Below are positions 25,682 to 29,475 of a stretch of 29,475 nt of DNA, piece by piece (within the stretch, counting starts at the first letter, position 1; every line of letters begins with the position of its first letter). A program made the position numbers and the translations under genes. Under the pieces are notes generated by a model. It saw only the letters and a list, made by a program, of their open reading frames with translations, was not told where the DNA came from and ran no database searches. Origin of the DNA: an uncultured virus (IMG/VR IMGVR_UViG_3300028920_000053). Its lineage: Duplodnaviria; Heunggongvirae; Uroviricota; Caudoviricetes. The stretch lies in IMG/VR virus record IMGVR_UViG_3300028920_000053, one strand, 5' to 3'.

Positions 25682-25962
25682 AGAAGAGAGCCAAGAAGCC
25701 CGAAGCAGATCGATCTGCTTCCGTCTACATCCCGCCCGTGCGGGTCGAGGTCCACGCCCCCGAACCCTACGACCACGGCGGGGCGACCGAGAGATGCCAC
25801 CATTGCGAGGAGGTCTACTCCGTGCGGTTCGACTCATTCGCCCCGCCGACGCCGACGCTCCGGGAAGCGCTGCGGAGCCTGGAGCAGGTCCTCGTGGGGA
25901 GCGTCGGGCTTCCGATGCGAGGTGAGGTGGTCGTCTCGGTGACCCGCCGAAAGTCTCGCTAG
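25678..25962 (+). CDS. Hypothetical protein (94 aa)
   Basis: GTGA-coupled start after AAGGAG; contains palindrome copy 4. Confidence 0.6.
   Translation: MKKRAKKPEADRSASVYIPPVRVEVHAPEPYDHGGATERCHHCEEVYSVRFDSFAPPTPTLREALRSLEQVLVGSVGLPMRGEVVVSVTRRKSR
25702..25721. repeat. 20-bp palindrome, copy 4 of 4
   Basis: Exact sequence, inside the CDS, encoding EADRSAS. Confidence 0.95.
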
Positions 25963-26120
25963 GACGCGCCAGGAGCGGCTTTCAGGGAAGATGGGATAGG
26001 TGGGCCGCAGGCGACGAAAGCGCGCCAGGGCGTCGGTTTGGGGCCTTCCCGTGGGTCGGAAATCAAACGACAATCGACGTCGCCCCCCTTGGCGTAACCC
26101 CTCGGAATGACTATAATAAT
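25961..26120 (+). promoter_or_regulatory. Duplicated promoter module, copy 2 (TTGGCG 26089 - N17 - TATAAT 26112)
   Basis: Consensus -10 in an AT-rich patch; homologous to 14997-15160. Confidence 0.85.
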
Positions 26121-26123
26121 AAT

Positions 26124-26531
26124 AGATAAGAGAGAGGGGCCCCGGAGAGGGGACCCACCCGGAAAGCCCGGTAAGCCGCTGCGAGACGGCGCTCGGGCGA
26201 AGCCGGCAACAGGGGTCACGCGCTGCCCCGTCAAGATAAGAGGCGCGGCCCGGCGGGGCTCACAACGCGCGGCAGCCGGCGCGGGGCGACAGGAAGCCCC
26301 AAACCTGGCCGCGGCACCCGGAGGCCCCGGTCGGGGCCCCGGGCCTCTGAGCGCAAGCCGCGCACACTCCCCTCCCCCTGGTGGCAAAGCAGGTCCAGGC
26401 AGCGAGCAGCGAGTGGCCGAGCAGCGACAGGCGGACCCCGAGACCCCGACCAGAGTCCCCGGACTCAGTGAGCGGTTGCAGCTCGCCGGCGGGATTGGCC
26501 CGGCGGAAAGTAGCTCCCGCAGAAAGTCGAG
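26124..26531 (+). ncRNA. Candidate ~400-nt structured RNA / long 5' leader
   Basis: No credible CDS between a consensus promoter and ATG 26532; several complementary segment pairs. Family not recognised. Confidence 0.4.
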
Positions 26532-26744
26532 ATGAACTTCCTATCCAACGAGACGCGCGCATACGAGCTGGCACTCACCAGCGCGAACGAGCGTGCAGGC
26601 GCCCTTGTCAGGGCGACCCACTGCAACGGCCTAGCGCTGGCCCTGGCCGAGATGGCCGAGACCCGCACGGGCAACGACTTCGCCGGCCACCTACATGGAA
26701 CGGCCTGGCACGTCGCGCTGACCCCCGCCCGGAGGGCGGTGTGA
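26532..26744 (+). CDS. Hypothetical protein (70 aa)
   Basis: First ORF of the operon; ends in the GGAGGGCGGTGTGA junction. Confidence 0.6.
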   Translation: MNFLSNETRAYELALTSANERAGALVRATHCNGLALALAEMAETRTGNDFAGHLHGTAWHVALTPARRAV

Positions 26745-27025
26745 GCTGCTCGGCCCTCAACTACGGCATCGAGCGCATCGTCAGCGTCGAGCTGCGCGAG
26801 GACGGCGGCCGGGTCTATCACACACGCGACGGCCTCTCGGTCGCCGTCTGGAAGATCCAGGACACCGACAGGGGCCACTGGTTCTACAGGGCGACCCGCT
26901 GGGTCGGCGACGACAAGATGCTCGTCGCCAGCAACCTGCGCGACGAGGACGGCCACCGGTCCCGCAAGGACGCGCTGGTCGAATGCCTCGGACTCCACGC
27001 CCTCCGCGAGAGGAGGGCGGTGTGA
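26741..27025 (+). CDS. Hypothetical protein (94 aa)
   Basis: GTGA-coupled start after GGAGG. Confidence 0.65.
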   Translation: MSCSALNYGIERIVSVELREDGGRVYHTRDGLSVAVWKIQDTDRGHWFYRATRWVGDDKMLVASNLRDEDGHRSRKDALVECLGLHALRERRAV

Positions 27026-27456
27026 GCGTCCTAATGCTGATGGCCCTTCACGGGTTCGACGACGTCGCCCACACGGGCGGCGGATGCCGCGCCCTGATGC
27101 GCGCCCGGGATGGGGCTTATGTCATGGTCACCGACGAGGGCGGCTGCGAGCTGCCAAAGGACGGCGAGACCGTCCTGGTCGGGATCTACGCGGACGGCGA
27201 CGTCGGCGAGATGGCGACGATGGACCTGGTGTTCGCCAGTCCGGAAGCCTTCGAGGCGACGCTGCTCGGCCGCTCACTGGACCAGGACCGCGGCGACATC
27301 ATCGAGCGGGCCGAGCGCTGGACGCGCGAGGGGGTCCCCACGGGCGAGAGCCTGGACCCCGAAGCCCCGGCCACCCTGCGGCGCATGCGCGACGCCGGGG
27401 CTGCCCCCCGCGAGATGGCCGAGGTCCTCTGCGATGCGGTCCAGGGGGACGAGTGA
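27022..27456 (+). CDS. Hypothetical protein (144 aa, HTGGGC motif)
   Basis: GTGA-coupled start after AGGAGG. Confidence 0.65.
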   Translation: MSVLMLMALHGFDDVAHTGGGCRALMRARDGAYVMVTDEGGCELPKDGETVLVGIYADGDVGEMATMDLVFASPEAFEATLLGRSLDQDRGDIIERAERWTREGVPTGESLDPEAPATLRRMRDAGAAPREMAEVLCDAVQGDE

Positions 27457-27457
27457 G

Positions 27458-27721
27458 ATGGCTGTCATCTTCCGAAACCAACTACGGGACGAGCTGGACC
27501 GCATCTTCGCCAAGGGTCAGGCCCGACGCGAGGCTGCCGCCGATGAACAGATTCGGGCCCTGCGCCCGACCGACATCGACTGGCTCGAACCAGACGAGCG
27601 GGCCCGCGCCCACGAAATCCAGCTCGCCCTCGTCAAGCTGGGCCCGACCCGTGAGGAGATCCGGGCGAGGGTCGCGGCCCGACGCGCTGCGAGGAAGGCC
27701 GCCCGCGAGTCGGCAGAATAA
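27458..27721 (+). CDS. Hypothetical helical protein (87 aa)
   Basis: ATG one base after the previous stop. Confidence 0.6.
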   Translation: MAVIFRNQLRDELDRIFAKGQARREAAADEQIRALRPTDIDWLEPDERARAHEIQLALVKLGPTREEIRARVAARRAARKAARESAE

Positions 27722-28005
27722 GGCCGGCAAACAGTGGCCCTCTATTCTGCCGAGCCGTCGGTGGTTAGGGGGCCACTGTTTGGGCTCGCTATTCTGCGGC
27801 GCCGCCTGAGAAACAGTTCGGACTGTTTGGGCTCGCTATTCTGCGGCGCCGCCTGAGAAACAGTTCGGACTGTTTGGGCTCGCTATTTCACCGGCGCGTC
27901 GGTGAAATAGTTCGGACTGTTTGGGGCCCGCTATTCTGCCGAGCCGTCGGTGGTTAGGGGGCCACTGTTTGGGCTCGCTATTCTGCCGAGCCGCCGGTGA
28001 ATAGC
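27710..28005. repeat. Array B: ~6 tandem copies of the same 47-bp unit family as array A
   Basis: CTATT recurs at 27742, 27789, 27836, 27883, 27931 and 27978; shares CTGTTTGGGCTCGCTATT with array A. Confidence 0.95.
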
Positions 28006-28011
28006 GGCTGG

Positions 28012-28040
28012 TTGACGCCGTGTCCCCGGGAGGGCACCAT
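28012..28040 (+). promoter_or_regulatory. Putative promoter TTGACG-N17-CACCAT for the tRNA
   Basis: Near-consensus -35 and weak -10, directly after array B. Confidence 0.4.
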
Positions 28041-28086
28041 TCCGGGCATGAACCACTGACCGCAAGACCGTCTTAGGGCGGGCATC

Positions 28087-28123
28087 AAGAGGGCCTGGAA
28101 ACCGCGCGTTTCCGGGCCCTCTT
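28087..28123 (+). other. 16-bp stem-loop abutting the tRNA 5' end
   Basis: AAGAGGGCCTGGAAAC-CGCGC-GTTTCCGGGCCCTCTT (one G-U pair). Confidence 0.75.
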
Positions 28124-28197
28124 GCGTCGGTAGCTCAATGGCAGAGCATCCCGGTTGGTGACCGGGGGGGTAGCGGGTTCGACCCCCGCCCGACGCG
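28124..28197 (+). tRNA. tRNA-Thr(GGT), atypical anticodon arm, CCA not encoded
   Basis: Acceptor GCGTCGG/CCGACGC, D arm GCTC-AATGGCA-GAGC, anticodon arm TCCCGG-TTGGTGA-CCGGGG, T arm GCGGG-TTCGACC-CCCGC. Confidence 0.85.
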
Positions 28198-28234
28198 CGA
28201 TCCCGATTCGGTGCCGCAATGTCACGCCGCGATC

Positions 28235-28263
28235 TTGCGACCGGCCGCCGGGATGCCTACAAT
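28235..28263 (+). promoter_or_regulatory. Sigma70-type promoter TTGCGA-N17-TACAAT
   Basis: Intergenic; near-consensus hexamers with 17-bp spacing. Confidence 0.6.
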
Positions 28264-28348
28264 TAGCGGCGATGGACCCAATCACCAGGAGAAGCGGCTG
28301 AGAGGGCGGCGGGAGTGTCCTGCCGTCGTCCGCGCCCGAGGAGGACCG

Positions 28349-28654
28349 ATGTCGATGGCAGTTCACGAGTTCAAGGTAAAGCCCGGCGGGCTGGACGCGT
28401 ACGCGGCAGGGATGCGGCGGGCGCTGCTGGTCCCGGCCTCGCTCGAGCTGGAGGCAGGGGACGAAGTCCTCCTGTCGGAGTACGACGAGCTGAGCGGCGT
28501 CTACCCCGGTCCGTGGCTCGTTGCCAGGGTGACCCACGCCGAGCAGGTGTCCCGGTTCGCCAAGCTGGTCAGCGTCGCACCCATGAAGCGCGGCGAGGGC
28601 CGTCCACGGCAGAGGCGAGTAGGGCTGGGCGAGGACGCCTCGGTCGCGGCATAA
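28349..28654 (+). CDS. ASCH/PUA-like (DUF3850-like) protein
   Basis: HEFKVKP...AYAAG...LEAGDEVLLSEYD...YPG...ARVTH follows the DUF3850 pattern; ATG after GAGGAGG. Confidence 0.65.
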   Translation: MSMAVHEFKVKPGGLDAYAAGMRRALLVPASLELEAGDEVLLSEYDELSGVYPGPWLVARVTHAEQVSRFAKLVSVAPMKRGEGRPRQRRVGLGEDASVAA

Positions 28655-28665
28655 TCCCGCGCATG
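28646..28665 (+). promoter_or_regulatory. Putative leaderless promoter GCGGCATAAT-N7-ATG
   Basis: CATAAT at 28650-28655; ATG at 28663. Confidence 0.55.
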
Positions 28666-29058
28666 GACAAGAAGCCGAAGCGGCCGAAGGCCGTGACCAA
28701 GCGGGAAGACACCAAGCGACCGCAGGCCGTGACCAAGCGGGAAGACACGAAGCGGGCCCAGGCCGTCATCGACGGCCAGGCCCACACGTCCACCGTCGAA
28801 TGTTTCGAGGTGCTGCTGCCGCGCGTCGGCGAGCGCCTACGATCCGTCGCCGGGAGCGAGAAAGGAGACGCGACTCTGGACCGCTGTCGGGCCAGAGTCG
28901 AGGCCGTGATCGCCGAGCGGAAGGTGCAGGCGCCGCCGCTGCCCGAGAAGTGCGACATCGGCGCTGTCCGGCTCGCGCTTCTCCTGGTCGTGGATGAGCA
29001 GTTCGCGGCCAGCATCGGGAAGACCTTCCAGCTGGATCCGGGAAGGTTCAATCTCTGA
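28663..29058 (+). CDS. Hypothetical protein (131 aa) with an N-terminal 12-aa repeat
   Basis: KRPKAVTKREDT x2.5 (36-bp repeat, 28678-28767). Confidence 0.65.
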   Translation: MDKKPKRPKAVTKREDTKRPQAVTKREDTKRAQAVIDGQAHTSTVECFEVLLPRVGERLRSVAGSEKGDATLDRCRARVEAVIAERKVQAPPLPEKCDIGAVRLALLLVVDEQFAASIGKTFQLDPGRFNL

Positions 29059-29357
29059 TGCACAGCCACATCATCCTGAAGAAGAAAGGCTACACGGCGA
29101 CGCTGTACCTCGGCGACCGCCGCAAGCTGGAGCTAATCGGGCCCGAGACGGAGATCCGCGATGTCGCCGCCGGGGTCCTGGTCCAGGTGGCATCCAAGGT
29201 GAAGGACGGCACGATCCCGCTCCCGCACGGCATGTCGTGGGAGTTCGAGGAAACCGGCCGACGCCGACAGCTTGCGGATCCGGATAGCGACGAACAGCGG
29301 GCCCCTTGGCAGGGGGAAGTCGACGAGCTGGCGCCCGACGAAACGACGACCAAGTAG
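29058..29357 (+). CDS. Hypothetical protein (99 aa)
   Basis: TGATG overlap with the previous gene. Confidence 0.65.
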   Translation: MHSHIILKKKGYTATLYLGDRRKLELIGPETEIRDVAAGVLVQVASKVKDGTIPLPHGMSWEFEETGRRRQLADPDSDEQRAPWQGEVDELAPDETTTK

Positions 29358-29475
29358 TCCCCGAGACACAGCCTCGGTCCCTCGCGGTCCCCGAGACACG
29401 GCCGCGGTCCCCGAGACACAGCCTCGGTCCCTCGCGGTCCCCGAGACACGGCCGCGGTCCCCGAGACACAGCCTC
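29357..29475. repeat. Perfect 50-bp tandem repeat of 10-bp blocks, running off the window end
   Basis: CCGAGACACA GCCTCGGTCC CTCGCGGTCC CCGAGACACG GCCGCGGTCC starting at 29361, 29411 and 29461 (partial). Confidence 0.95.

Larger units (their letters stand above)
1..29475 (+). mobile_element. Bacteriophage/prophage genome segment (replication, recombination and early-gene region)
   Basis: Co-oriented, overlapping genes: primase, PolB, RecA, SbcCD, Hjc-like resolvase, sigma factor, C5 MTase, ParB-N, endolysin, tRNA and many small unknown ORFs. No integrase, att site or structural gene is visible, so the lifestyle is unknown. Confidence 0.9.

Noticed and set aside
26107..26535. 142-aa ORF MTIIIIDK... 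and other ORFs over the leader
   Set aside because: Its start lies inside the promoter, upstream of the -10; there is no SD; and the low-complexity G/P/A/R composition is unlike real genes here.
27710..28005. TIGR-Tas-type guide array
   Set aside because: The period is 47 rather than about 36 nt, the variable segments are not unique, and no Nop-domain protein was recognised in the window.
28087..28123. Intrinsic terminator call for the hairpin before the tRNA
   Set aside because: There is no proper U-tract after the stem; it is followed directly by the tRNA.
28124..28197. tRNA as a prophage attachment site or boundary
   Set aside because: Phage-like genes and motifs continue on both sides; I saw no integrase and no duplicated tRNA 3' end.

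Overview
This window is a GC-rich, densely coding segment of a bacteriophage or prophage genome. Every credible gene lies on the + strand, and no structural or host housekeeping genes are present. The left half is a replication/recombination module: DnaG-type primase (5'-truncated), Fis-type HTH protein, DUF932-like protein, sigma-70-like factor, family B DNA polymerase, putative UvsY-like and gp32/SSB-like proteins, RecA, a possibly split SbcD plus SbcC, and an Hjc-like resolvase. The right half holds two operons of small unknown genes behind a duplicated promoter module, a C5 methyltransferase with about six TRD-like repeats, a ParB-N protein, a GH73-like endolysin, a DinG helicase, an atypical tRNA-Thr(GGT) and an ASCH/DUF3850-like protein. 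The most unusual signals are non-coding: (i) two arrays of a 47-bp unit whose palindrome loops occur in both orientations and whose half-sites are mixed combinatorially; (ii) four exact copies of the 20-bp palindrome GAAGCAGATCGATCTGCTTC; (iii) a ~400-nt candidate structured RNA behind a consensus promoter; (iv) a GSSGCATAAY-N6/7-ATG leaderless promoter class; (v) the same gene-junction scaffold in two operons with different gene cargo; (vi) a 50-bp tandem repeat built on a 10-bp period at the window end. All calls come from reading motifs by eye; no searches or folding computations were run.
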